A stretch of 64,000 nt of DNA from an uncultured Thermoleophilaceae bacterium. GTDB taxonomy: Bacteria > Actinomycetota > Thermoleophilia > Solirubrobacterales > Thermoleophilaceae. Every line of letters starts with the position of its first letter. Within the stretch, counting starts at the first letter, position 1. The stretch covers positions 479,696-543,695 of the forward strand of contig OY970162.1 in NCBI GenBank assembly GCA_963706635.1. The letters run 5' to 3'. The position numbers were made by a program, and so were the translations under genes. Below, piece by piece: positions 46,844 to 55,339 of the stretch. The notes under the pieces were generated by a model. It did not search any database. It was not told the DNA's origin and saw only the letters and a program-made list of their open reading frames with translations.

Positions 46844-47009
46844 ATGACTGATTCCACGACCCCGCGTACGCGGATGACGCACGGATACCGTCGCTGGATC
46901 GGGGTCATCGGGCTCGCCGATAACCCGTGTATCGGCTTCGCCCTGCTTCCCCCGCCCAGCTCGGTCCCGTGCGCCCCCGCGCACACGCGGCCGCGGAATC
47001 AATCATCTA
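46841..47009 (-). mobile_element. MITE-like palindromic element, copy 3 (169 bp, opposite orientation)
   Basis: TAGATGACTGATTCCACG...CCGCGGAATCAATCATCTA. One-nt deletion in the central hairpin relative to the other copies. Confidence 0.85.
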
Positions 47010-47327
47010 GGGAGCGGCGGGGGCTTCGAGGGTGGCGCCGCTGCCCACGATCTCGTGGAACGTCGGCAGCAGCGGCACCTGGTAGTAGCCGCTGAGCTCC
47101 GTGCGCGCCTCCGCCACCGTCTCGGAGTACCAGTAGCGCTCGAAGTCGGCCTTGGCCGGGAAGACCGCGTGCTGGATGAAGTCGAGCCGTCCCTCGCTCG
47201 CGCGGTAGAAGGCCCACGAGGTGGCGCCGTAGTCGAGCGCCGCCTCCGCGACCGGGAGCCAGCCCTCGGCGAACTTGTCGCCCCGGAACGGGTTGGCCGC
47301 CCAGCGGACCTCCGCCAGGATCGGCAT
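47007..47327 (-). CDS. hypothetical 106-aa protein translationally coupled to ccr
   Basis: MPILAEVRWAANPFRGDKFAEGWLPVAEAALDYGATSWAFYRASEGRLDFIQHAVFPAKADFERYWYSETV... Its ATG overlaps the ccr stop (ATGA at 47325-47329). Its stop is the terminal CTA of MITE copy 3. Confidence 0.6.
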   Translation of the reverse strand: MPILAEVRWAANPFRGDKFAEGWLPVAEAALDYGATSWAFYRASEGRLDFIQHAVFPAKADFERYWYSETVAEARTELSGYYQVPLLPTFHEIVGSGATLEAPAAP

Positions 47328-48583
47328 CAGTCGCCCACCTCGGCGTAGATGGCGCCCGGGCCCTCCTCGTTCTTGCCGAGCCCCTCCTTGTCGGCGCCCA
47401 CGAGGATCGCGATCTTGCCCAGGTGCTGGTTGTCGCGCATCAGCTGGTGCGCCTCGGCGACGCCGTCGAACGGCATCGTCCGCCACAGGACGGGCCGGAT
47501 CTTGGACTGCTCGATCAGCTCGTTGGCCTTCATGCACTCGTAGGCGTTGGCGAAGTGCGAGCCGATGATCTGCTTCTGGCGCATCCACAGGTAGCGGACG
47601 TCGAAGTCCAGGTTGTAGCCCGTGGTGCCGGCGCAGATGACGACCTTCCCGAACGGCTTGACCACGAACACCGAGGTGGGGAAGGTGGCCTGGCCGACGT
47701 GCTCGAAGACGATGTCGGGCTGGTCCCCGAGGATCTCCTTGACCCGCTTCTGGAACGCGCGCGAGACCTTGAAGCGCTCCTTCTCCTCGTCGGGCGACTC
47801 GCCGCCCTTGCGCATCATCCCAGCAAATTCGCCCCGGTCGATGTAGTCGACAGCCCCGAGCTGCTTGACGAGCTCGCCCTTCTCTGCGGAGGAGACGACC
47901 CCGACCGCCTCGGCGCCGGTGATCGCGCAGAGCTGGGTGGCGAACACGCCGAGCCCGCCGGCGGCGCCCCAGATCAGGACCTTGTTCCCCGCCTGCAGGT
48001 CGCACTGGTCGACCAGCATGCGGTACGCGGTGAAGTAGACGAGCCCGTAGGAGGCCGCCTCCTCCCAGGTCAGGTTCTGGGGGCGGGGGATGAGCTGCTG
48101 GGCCTGGACCTTGGTGAACTGCGCGAACGAGCCCCAGGTGGTCTCGTAGCCCCAGATCTTCTGGGACGGAGCCGCGAGCGGATCGAGGCCGTGGACCTCG
48201 GGGTCCTCGTAGGAGGCCTGGTTGCAGTGGATGACCACCTCGTCGCCGGGCTTCCAGCGGGTCACGCCCTCGCCGACCTTCCAGACGACACCGGAGGCAT
48301 CGGAGCCGCCGATGTGGTGGCCGTACTCGGGGTGGTCGCCGTAGCGCCACACGCCCACGGGCTCGCCGAGAGCCGCCCAGACGTTGTTGTAGTTCACGCC
48401 CGCGGCCATCACGCGCACGATCACCTCGAAGGCGCCGGGCTCGGGCACCTCCATCTCCTCGAGCTGGAACGCGTCCCTGGGCTCGCCCTCGCGGTCCTCG
48501 CGGATCACCCAGGCGGCCATCGTGTCCGGCAGCGTGCCGGGCTCGACATCCAGCTCGAAAACCTTGCTCACGTCAACGGCCAT
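47327..48583 (-). CDS. ccr: crotonyl-CoA carboxylase/reductase
   Basis: 418 aa from the ATG at 48583, preceded by GGAGG. MAAGVNYNNVWAALGEPV..HIGGSDASGVVWKVGEGVTRWKPGDEVVIHCN..WGYETTWGSFAQFTKVQAQQL..GAAGGLG. Confidence 0.9.
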   Translation of the reverse strand: MAVDVSKVFELDVEPGTLPDTMAAWVIREDREGEPRDAFQLEEMEVPEPGAFEVIVRVMAAGVNYNNVWAALGEPVGVWRYGDHPEYGHHIGGSDASGVVWKVGEGVTRWKPGDEVVIHCNQASYEDPEVHGLDPLAAPSQKIWGYETTWGSFAQFTKVQAQQLIPRPQNLTWEEAASYGLVYFTAYRMLVDQCDLQAGNKVLIWGAAGGLGVFATQLCAITGAEAVGVVSSAEKGELVKQLGAVDYIDRGEFAGMMRKGGESPDEEKERFKVSRAFQKRVKEILGDQPDIVFEHVGQATFPTSVFVVKPFGKVVICAGTTGYNLDFDVRYLWMRQKQIIGSHFANAYECMKANELIEQSKIRPVLWRTMPFDGVAEAHQLMRDNQHLGKIAILVGADKEGLGKNEEGPGAIYAEVGD

Positions 48584-48623
48584 CCAACCTCCACGTTTTC
48601 TTTGCGCGCGGCATGCTACTTGG

Positions 48624-49583
48624 GTGTCGTTGCTCGAGAGGCTGGGCGTTGAGCTGCCGGTGGTGCAGGCCGGGATGGGCGGGGGGCTCGCCCGCCACGA
48701 GCTGGCGGCGGCCGTCTCGGAGGCCGGCGGCCTCGGCACGATCGGCATCCTCGACCCGCCGCTCCTGCGGCGTGAGCTGAGCGCCGCCCGGGCCGCCACG
48801 AGTAAGCCCGTGGCCGTGAACCTGCTGCTGCCGTTCACCCGCCGCGGACACCTCGAGCTGGCGGCCGAGGCGGACGTCGTGGTCACGTTCTGGGGCGCGC
48901 CCCAGCGGCCGACCGGACGCCCCTGGCTGCACCAGTGCGGCTCGCTGGAGGAGGCGCTCGACGCCCATGCGGCCGGAGCGGACGGAGTGATCGTGCAGGG
49001 GGTCGAGGCCGGAGGCCACGTCCGCGGCGCGGGGCCAGGGCTCGAGCTGCTCGAGCGCGCCCGAGCCGCCCTGCCGGACGGCTACCCGGTGTGGTCGGCC
49101 GGTGGCGTCGCCGATGCGACCGACGCCCGCACGGCGCTGGAGGCGGGCGCGGAGGCGGTCGTGGCGGGAACGCGCTTCCTGCTCAGCGACGAGAGCCGGG
49201 CCCACCCGGAGTACAAGCGCAGGGCGCTGGCGGGTCGCGAGACCCTGTTGACCGAGCTGTTCGGCGCCGGCTGGCCGGCGCTCCATCGCGTGCTCCCCAA
49301 CGCCGCCACCGAGCGCTGGCTCTCCGCGGACGGGGCGATGCCCGGCTGGATCGGGGCGCTCCATCGGGCCGCCTCGCCGCTGCTCGCGCGCACGCCGCAG
49401 AGCATGCACGCGCGGGCGGCGCCCTACGCGCGCCCCTCGCAGCCGCTCCTGAGTCCCCAGGCCGCGAATGACGACGGTCCCGAGTCGCTGGTCGAGGCGG
49501 GACCGCTCTACGCGGGCGAGACGGTGGCCAGAATCGACTCGCTGAGGCCGGCCGGGGCCCTTACGCGCGAGCTCGCCGGCTAG
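48624..49583 (+). CDS. nitronate monooxygenase / NPD-family FMN oxidoreductase (FabK-like)
   Basis: LLERLGVELPVVQAGMGGGLARHELAAAVSEAGGLGTIG ... VIVQGVEAGGH. Start is GTG 48624 or TTG 48630. Confidence 0.8.
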   Translation: MSLLERLGVELPVVQAGMGGGLARHELAAAVSEAGGLGTIGILDPPLLRRELSAARAATSKPVAVNLLLPFTRRGHLELAAEADVVVTFWGAPQRPTGRPWLHQCGSLEEALDAHAAGADGVIVQGVEAGGHVRGAGPGLELLERARAALPDGYPVWSAGGVADATDARTALEAGAEAVVAGTRFLLSDESRAHPEYKRRALAGRETLLTELFGAGWPALHRVLPNAATERWLSADGAMPGWIGALHRAASPLLARTPQSMHARAAPYARPSQPLLSPQAANDDGPESLVEAGPLYAGETVARIDSLRPAGALTRELAG

Positions 49584-51115
49584 GCGACCTCGGGTGTCGG
49601 CGTCGGCGCCCGAGTGGGAGCGATGCGGCCGATGAAGACCGCCGCGACGCCCGCGCCCAGGAGCGCCACGCCGGCCGAGAGCCACATGCCGCTCGAGAGG
49701 GCGTGGACGAACGCCTCCTTGGCGGCGGCCGCGGTCTGAGGATCGACGTTCGACAGCCCGCCCGAGCCGAGGTTGTGGACCAGGTCGTCGCGCTGCGCCG
49801 CGGTCACCCCGCTGCCGGCCAGGAGCTCGGCGAGCTTGCTCGCGGCGAGATGCTGGAACAGCGCCCCGATCGCCGCGACCCCGAAGGTGCCGCCGACCAT
49901 CCGGCTCATCGACAGGATCCCGGAGGCGACGCCCGCCTTGTCCTCGCGCACCGAGTTCATGGCGGCCGTGGACATCGGCGACATGACGAGCGCCATGCCG
50001 AGCCCCATCAGCACGAAGGAGGGCAGCAGCAGCGCGTAGCCCGTGCCGACGTCGATGCGCGTCTGGAGGAAGAGCGCCGTCCCGACCAGGAGCAGCCCGA
50101 CGACCATCGGCGGCCGCGGGCCGACGCGGTCGGCGAGCCTGCCGGCGAGGGGCGCGACCACGACGATCATCAGCGTCGAGGGCAGGAAGCGCACGCCGGC
50201 CTGGATCGGGCTGTAGCCGAGGATGTTCTGCATGTAGAGCGCCATGAAGAAGAACATCGCGAGCATCGCGAACGAGACGATGAAGGCCACGATGTTCGCG
50301 CCCAGGAAGGTGCGCGAGCGGAAGAAGCTGAAGTCGACCATCGGCTCCTCGACGCGCGGCTCGAGTGCGAAGAAGCCGCCGATGCCGACGACGGCGGTCA
50401 CGAGCAGGGCGACGATCTCGGTCGAGCCCCAGCCCCACGAGTTGCCCTCGACGAGCGCCAGCACGAGGGCCGTCAGCCCCGCCGAGAGCGTCGCAATGCC
50501 CGGCCAGTCGACGCGGTGGCGGGTGGACTCGTCGCGGGACTCGCGAGCGGCGTAGAGGGTGACGACGACGGCGCCGGCCGCGACCGGAAGGTTGAGGAAG
50601 AAGATCGAACGCCAGGAGACGTACTCGGTCAGCGCCCCGCCGAGGACCGGGCCGATGGCGAGCGCCAGGGCCGACACCCCCGCCCAGGTCCCGATCGCCT
50701 TGCCCCGCTCCTCGGGCGGGAAGGTGTTGGAGATGATCGAGAGGGTGCCGGGCATCATGAACGCGGCGCCGATGCCCTGGACGGCACGGCCGGCCACGAG
50801 CCAGCCCTGATCGGGCGCCAGGCCTATGGCCGCGCTCGAGAGCGCGAAGACGACGACGCCCGACAGGAACATCCGCCGGCGGCCGAAGATGTCGCCGAGC
50901 CGTCCGCCGGTCACGAGCAGCACGGCGAAGGTCAGCGTGTAGGCGTTCACCGTCCACTCGAGGGCCGACAGCGAGGCGCCCAGGTCGTCCTCGATCGAGG
51001 GCAGCGCCACGTTCACGACGGTGTTGTCGAGCATGATCATGAACAGGGCGAAGCACATGGCGCCGAGGGTCCACCAGCGCCGGTTCTGCTCGTTGAGTCG
51101 GAGGCGATCGGTCAT
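49580..51115 (-). CDS. MFS transporter, DHA2 (EmrB/QacA-like, 14-TMS) family
   Basis: The ATG at 51115 overlaps the MarR stop (ATGA). MLDNTVVNVALPSIEDDLGASLSALEWTVNAYTLTFAVLLVTGGRLGDIFGRRRMF. Confidence 0.9.
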   Translation of the reverse strand: MTDRLRLNEQNRRWWTLGAMCFALFMIMLDNTVVNVALPSIEDDLGASLSALEWTVNAYTLTFAVLLVTGGRLGDIFGRRRMFLSGVVVFALSSAAIGLAPDQGWLVAGRAVQGIGAAFMMPGTLSIISNTFPPEERGKAIGTWAGVSALALAIGPVLGGALTEYVSWRSIFFLNLPVAAGAVVVTLYAARESRDESTRHRVDWPGIATLSAGLTALVLALVEGNSWGWGSTEIVALLVTAVVGIGGFFALEPRVEEPMVDFSFFRSRTFLGANIVAFIVSFAMLAMFFFMALYMQNILGYSPIQAGVRFLPSTLMIVVVAPLAGRLADRVGPRPPMVVGLLLVGTALFLQTRIDVGTGYALLLPSFVLMGLGMALVMSPMSTAAMNSVREDKAGVASGILSMSRMVGGTFGVAAIGALFQHLAASKLAELLAGSGVTAAQRDDLVHNLGSGGLSNVDPQTAAAAKEAFVHALSSGMWLSAGVALLGAGVAAVFIGRIAPTRAPTPTPEVA

Positions 51116-51606
51116 CGAAGTTCGCTCGCAATCGGTCGAAGCGCCTTCAGAAGTGCGTCGCGCTCGGCGGGGTCCAGGCTCTCGGCCCAGTCGCGGATGC
51201 CCGCCACGCGGATCTCGTGCAGCCGCTCGTACAGGCGGCGTCCCCGGGCGGTGATCACGATGCGCTTGCTGCGCCGGTCGGCGGGGTCTTCCGCGCGCGT
51301 GCAGATGCCGCGCTTGACGAGGCCGTCGACGGCTCGGCTCACCGCGGGGAGGGAGAGGCGAAGGTGGTCGCCGATCGCGCCCAGGGAGAGCGGCTCCTTC
51401 GTCTCGGCCAGGAACTGGGCGGCCTTGATCTGGGTGAACGACAGCTGGAGCTCGTCGATCGCCTGAAAGAAGTCCCCGCCGGTGAAGGTCAGGAGGTGCT
51501 TGATCAGGTCGCCGATGTCCTGGGCCAGCTGCTGTTCGGCTGATGCTTGCTTTGCCGCAGTAGATGCTTGCACGCATGCAACTGTATCAAGAAGAGGACA
51601 GAGCAC
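51112..51606 (-). CDS. MarR-family transcriptional regulator
   Basis: Winged-HTH LSLGAIGDHLRLSLPAVSRAVDGLVKRGICTRAEDPADRRSKRIVITARG. Start uncertain (GTG 51606 or GTG 51573). Confidence 0.85.
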   Translation of the reverse strand: MLCPLLDTVACVQASTAAKQASAEQQLAQDIGDLIKHLLTFTGGDFFQAIDELQLSFTQIKAAQFLAETKEPLSLGAIGDHLRLSLPAVSRAVDGLVKRGICTRAEDPADRRSKRIVITARGRRLYERLHEIRVAGIRDWAESLDPAERDALLKALRPIASELR

Positions 51607-51620
51607 AGAGGACAGAGGAC
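51593..51620. repeat. tandem 14-bp direct repeat in the MarR/GST divergent region
   Basis: AGAGGACAGAGCAC AGAGGACAGAGGAC (1 mismatch) in an AT-enriched stretch. Confidence 0.6.
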
Positions 51621-51639
51621 GGAGTTAGGCTCCGAGTTC

Positions 51640-52390
51640 GTGGCCACGCTTTTCATGGTTCCTGGCTCGCATCCGTCGCTGGCCGCGGCGCTGATGCTCG
51701 AGCGGAAGGGGATCGAGTACCGGCGCATCGACTTCGCCCCGGCCGTTCACCGCGTCATGCTGCGGCTGGTCGGCTTCCGTGGTCGTACGGTCCCCGCGCT
51801 TCGCATCGAGGGACGGCGCGTTCAGGGGTCGCGTCAGATCGCTCGCGCGCTCGACCGGATCCAGCCGGAGCCGGCGCTCTTGCCGCGCGATCCAGAGGCG
51901 CTGCGGGCCGTAGAGCGGGCCGAGGAGTGGGGGGACGACGTGCTGCAGCCGCTCGCCCGGCGGCTGGCCTGGGCGGCACTGAAGCGCGACCGCTCCACGA
52001 TCGGCACCTTCCTCGAAGGGGCCAGGCTCGGACTTCCCTACGGCGTGGCCGTGCGGACCGCGCCGCCGCTGATCCACCTCGCCGCCTACCTGAACGAGGC
52101 GACCGAGGACGCCGCCAGGGCCGACCTGGCCGCGCTGCCTGGACACCTGGATCGAGTCGACGCCTGGATCGCCGAGGGCGTCATCGGCGGCCCGGATCCG
52201 AATGCGGCCGACTTCCAGATAGCCACGAGCCTTCGCCTGCTGAGGGCGCTCGAGGACGTGAAGCCCGCGCTCGATGCCCGGCCGGCGGGACAGCTCGCTC
52301 TCGACGTCGTCCCGACCTTCCCCGGCCGCGTGAACGCGGTCTTCCCCGCCGGACTGGCTCGCCTCGCTGCGCGAGCCGGCCGCGGTCTGA
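51640..52390 (+). CDS. glutathione S-transferase-like / thioredoxin-fold protein (apparent frameshift ~52350)
   Basis: VATLFMVPGSHPSLAAALMLERKGIEYRRIDFAP..VPALRIEGRRVQGSRQI. A plausible C-terminus PDWLASLREPAAV-stop (TGA 52388-52390) is only reached after a 1-nt shift. Confidence 0.55.
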
Positions 52391-52443
52391 ACCCGGACGC
52401 CCCGTTCCGTCAGGGGGCGGCCCTACGGTCAGGGGTCCACGCC

Positions 52444-53735
52444 ATGGAAGCAGCGACCCCCCTCAGACAGGCCCACGTAACCACCGCCGGCGACCGGCTC
52501 GACGATCCACGACCTGAGCGTCGAGGACGAGGCCGCCGCGCGGCTCGTCCGCGAGCGGGAGCAGTCCGGCGACGACCCGGTCAAGACCGTCGCCGACGCG
52601 ATCGAGATCGGCGCCCGCGTGCTCGACCGCGAGCAGGCCGCCGCCAACGCGGAGTACGTGCGCACGGAGTTCGAGAAGACCGCGCAGGAGATCGACCGCC
52701 AGTTCTCCGACAAGGCGCGCACGGTCGCCGAGCACTTCGGCAAGAAGGTCGACGAGGTCTTCGGCGAGGAGAGCGGCCAGCTCGCCAAGGAGTTCGAGAA
52801 GCTGTTCTCCGACGGCAGCACGGCGTCGGTGCAGAACCGGGTGCGCGAGCTCGTTGGCGAGGCCATGACCAAGTCGCGCGAGGACCTCGTGCGCCAGTTC
52901 TCGGCCGGCGACGGCCGCAACCCGCTCGCCGATTTCAAGGCCAGCACGGTTCGCGAGCTGCGCATCATGGCCGACCGGCTCCAGCAGATGCAGGAGCAGG
53001 TTGTCGAGCTGCGCGCCGAGAAGGAGAAGCTGGAGGAGCTCGACGCCGAGCGCGAGCGCGGCAGCGCCAAGGGGCGCTCGTTCGAGGAGGAGGTGGCCGA
53101 GGCGGTCGACGCGATCGCGCTGGCGCAGGGCGACGTCGCGGATGCGGTGGGCGATCTCAAGGGCGCCACCGGCAAGACCGGCGACGTCGTCGTCTCCATC
53201 GACGCCTGCAACGGACCCGCGCGCGGCCGCATCGTGTTCGAGGCCAAGAACGCCAAGCTCAGCTCACCCGAGACGCGCAGGGAGCTCGCCCGCGGGATGC
53301 GCGAGCGCGACGCCGACTACGGCGGTGCTCGTCGTGCCCGCCGAGGAGAAGGTGCCGGCCAAGCTCACGCAGCTGCGCGAGTACGAGGGCGACAAGCTCG
53401 TGGTCGTCCACGATCCCGAGGACGGCCGCGCCCTCGCGCTGGAGCTCGGCTACCGACTGGCCCGTGCGCGCGTGCTGATGAAGAGCGCGGGCGCCGAGGG
53501 CGTCGACGCCGGAGCGGTACGCGAGGCCGTCGAGCGGGCCCTCGCCGAGATCGAGGACGTTCGCAAGGTCAAGAGCCAGCTCACCGGGGCCAAGACCGGC
53601 ATCGACAACGCCTACGAGATCGTCGAGGGGATCGCCGAGCGCGTGCGCGCCCGCCTGGCCGAGGTGGAGATGCTCGCTGCGGGCGGCCAGGCCGGCGGAG
53701 CTGGACGTAGACGACGACCCCGCATACGCGGGTGA
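52444..53735 (+). CDS. coiled-coil protein with C-terminal PD-(D/E)xK nuclease-like domain (DUF2130-like); two apparent frameshifts (~52505, ~53320)
   Basis: Long coiled coil (ELRAEKEKLEELDAERERGSAKGRSFEEEVAEAV). GKTGDVVVSID...GRIVFEAKNAK...DADYAVLVVPAEEKVP. The 3' end lies inside degenerate MITE copy 5. Confidence 0.5.
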
Positions 53736-53839
53736 CGCACCGGCTGGATCGGGTCACGGGCTCGCCGATAACCGCGATCGGCTTCGCCGCTCCCCGCCAG
53801 CTCGGTCCCGTGCCCCCGCGCACACGCGGCGCGGATCTA
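53708..53839 (-). mobile_element. MITE-like element, copy 5: short (about 132 bp) diverged variant
   Basis: TAGACGACGACCCCGCATACGCGGGTGACGCACCGG...GCACACGCGGCGCGGATCTA aligns with copies 3 and 4. It lacks about 9-10 nt of the outer TIR at both ends and has internal indels. Confidence 0.65.
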
Positions 53840-53846
53840 CTTCGAG

Positions 53847-54285
53847 CTACGGCAGCAGACCGGTTGTTGGAGTCGCGCCGCGCGTTCGTGATGTTGAGCT
53901 TGGCCGGCGCGATCTCCTTGGGCACCGCGACCGACGAGCCGGCACGCACCTCGTACTGACCGCGCGGCAGCGTCTTCTGGATCGTCGCCGTGTCCTCGGG
54001 CTGGACCGGGCCGATGCGCTCCTTCACGGTGTCGCCCTCGAGCGTCACGGTGTGCGCCTCGTCGGTCTGGTTCGAGATCGTGATCAGCACCGGTCCGGCG
54101 CCTACCTTGTTCGGCGAGACAGTGACCTTCTCCGTCTGTATCACCCCGGTCAGCTCGATCGGCACCGGGGGCCGGGGTTTGTTCTCGAAATCTTCCCCGC
54201 CGCAACCAGACGCCAGAGCCACAAGCGTCCCTGCCGCGAGGAAGGCGATGGCACCCGACCAGCGAGTCTTCCCTGTCGCCTTCAT
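53847..54285 (-). CDS. lipoprotein, possibly cupredoxin-like beta-sandwich (apparent frameshift near the 3' end)
   Basis: MKATGKTRWSGAIAFLAAGTLVALASGCGG lipobox. VTVSPNKVGAGPVLITISNQTDEAHTVTLEG..LPRGQYEV. In the given frame it reads through into the MITE. A 1-nt shift gives ...SNNGLLP-stop at 53847. Confidence 0.5.
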
Positions 54286-54301
54286 CCCTCGGCCGCGAAC
54301 C

Positions 54302-55329
54302 CTAACCGAACCACACGGACCTTCGCGCGGATAGAAGCGTGTCCAGCGACGACTGGATGCGGCCGCGCACGTCCTCGGCGATTGCCTGGACGAGTGCGAG
54401 ATCGTCGGCGTCGTCGGGTCCATAGCTCGACAGATCAACGGGCTCGAGGAAGCGGATCTTGAACTTCGCGGGGAGGTACATGAGCGCGGCGGCCAGGCCG
54501 AAGTGCGGGAAGGCGTGGTTGACCGGGAAGTAGATGAGTCCGGTCAGTCGTTGCAGCAGCGGGACGTGGGCGAAGATCGGCATCGCCTCCTCGGCGCCGA
54601 CGACCGCGATCGGCACGATCGGGACGCCCGCCTTGATCGCGGTGCGCACGAAGCCGCCGCGACCGAAGCGCCGCAGGCGGTAGCGCTGCCAGTAGAGCTT
54701 GCGCGATCCCTTCTGGCCCTCGGGGAAGACGATGGCGAGCCGGCCCTCGTCGCCGAGCAGCCGCTGCGCGTTGGCCGTGTGCGCGGCCACGAGGCCGAGC
54801 TTGTTGGTCAGCATGCCGACGCCCGGATAGCCCTTGAACCAGTGCTCGCCGAGCATGTACAGCGGCCGAGGCTCGGCGTGCTCGTGGCGGATCGCCTGCA
54901 TGATCATCGGCGCGTCCGGAGGGAGCGCGCCGGAGTGGTTCGACACGAGCAGCGCGCCGCCGTCCGAGGGCACGTTCTCGACGCCCTCCTGCTCGACCCG
55001 GAACCAGTAGCGGTAGTAGAAGTCGAGCACCGGCTCCATCAGCTCGAACACCCGCTGCGAGCGGCCCCAGTCGTCGAGCTGGCGTGAGCCGTCGGCCGGC
55101 GGAATCAGCTCGTTCAGGTCGCGCGGGGAGGGCGGCGACGGCTCGTCCGGCCGCGGCAGCCCGAGGTCGTCGTGGCCCGGCTCGAAGGCCTTGCCGGCGC
55201 CCGCGGCGTCTCCGCGCCGGCTCCGACCGAGAGCGAGCCTCCGAGCAGCGGGCTGTCCTCGCTCAGGCCCCGGCGGCTGGTGGGTCGCTTGCGTGCAGGG
55301 TCGCGCGTGCTGTCCCTCCCTCGGGGCAC
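54302..55329 (-). CDS. lysophospholipid (1-acyl-glycerol-3-phosphate) acyltransferase family protein (apparent frameshift ~55195)
   Basis: YYRYWFRVEQEGVENVPSDGGALLVSNHSGALPPD, VFPEGQKG, VPIVPIAVVG. The N-terminal Pro/acidic extension continues upstream without a start codon. The ATG at 55329 is in another frame. Confidence 0.7.
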
Positions 55330-55339
55330 AGGGGCGATG

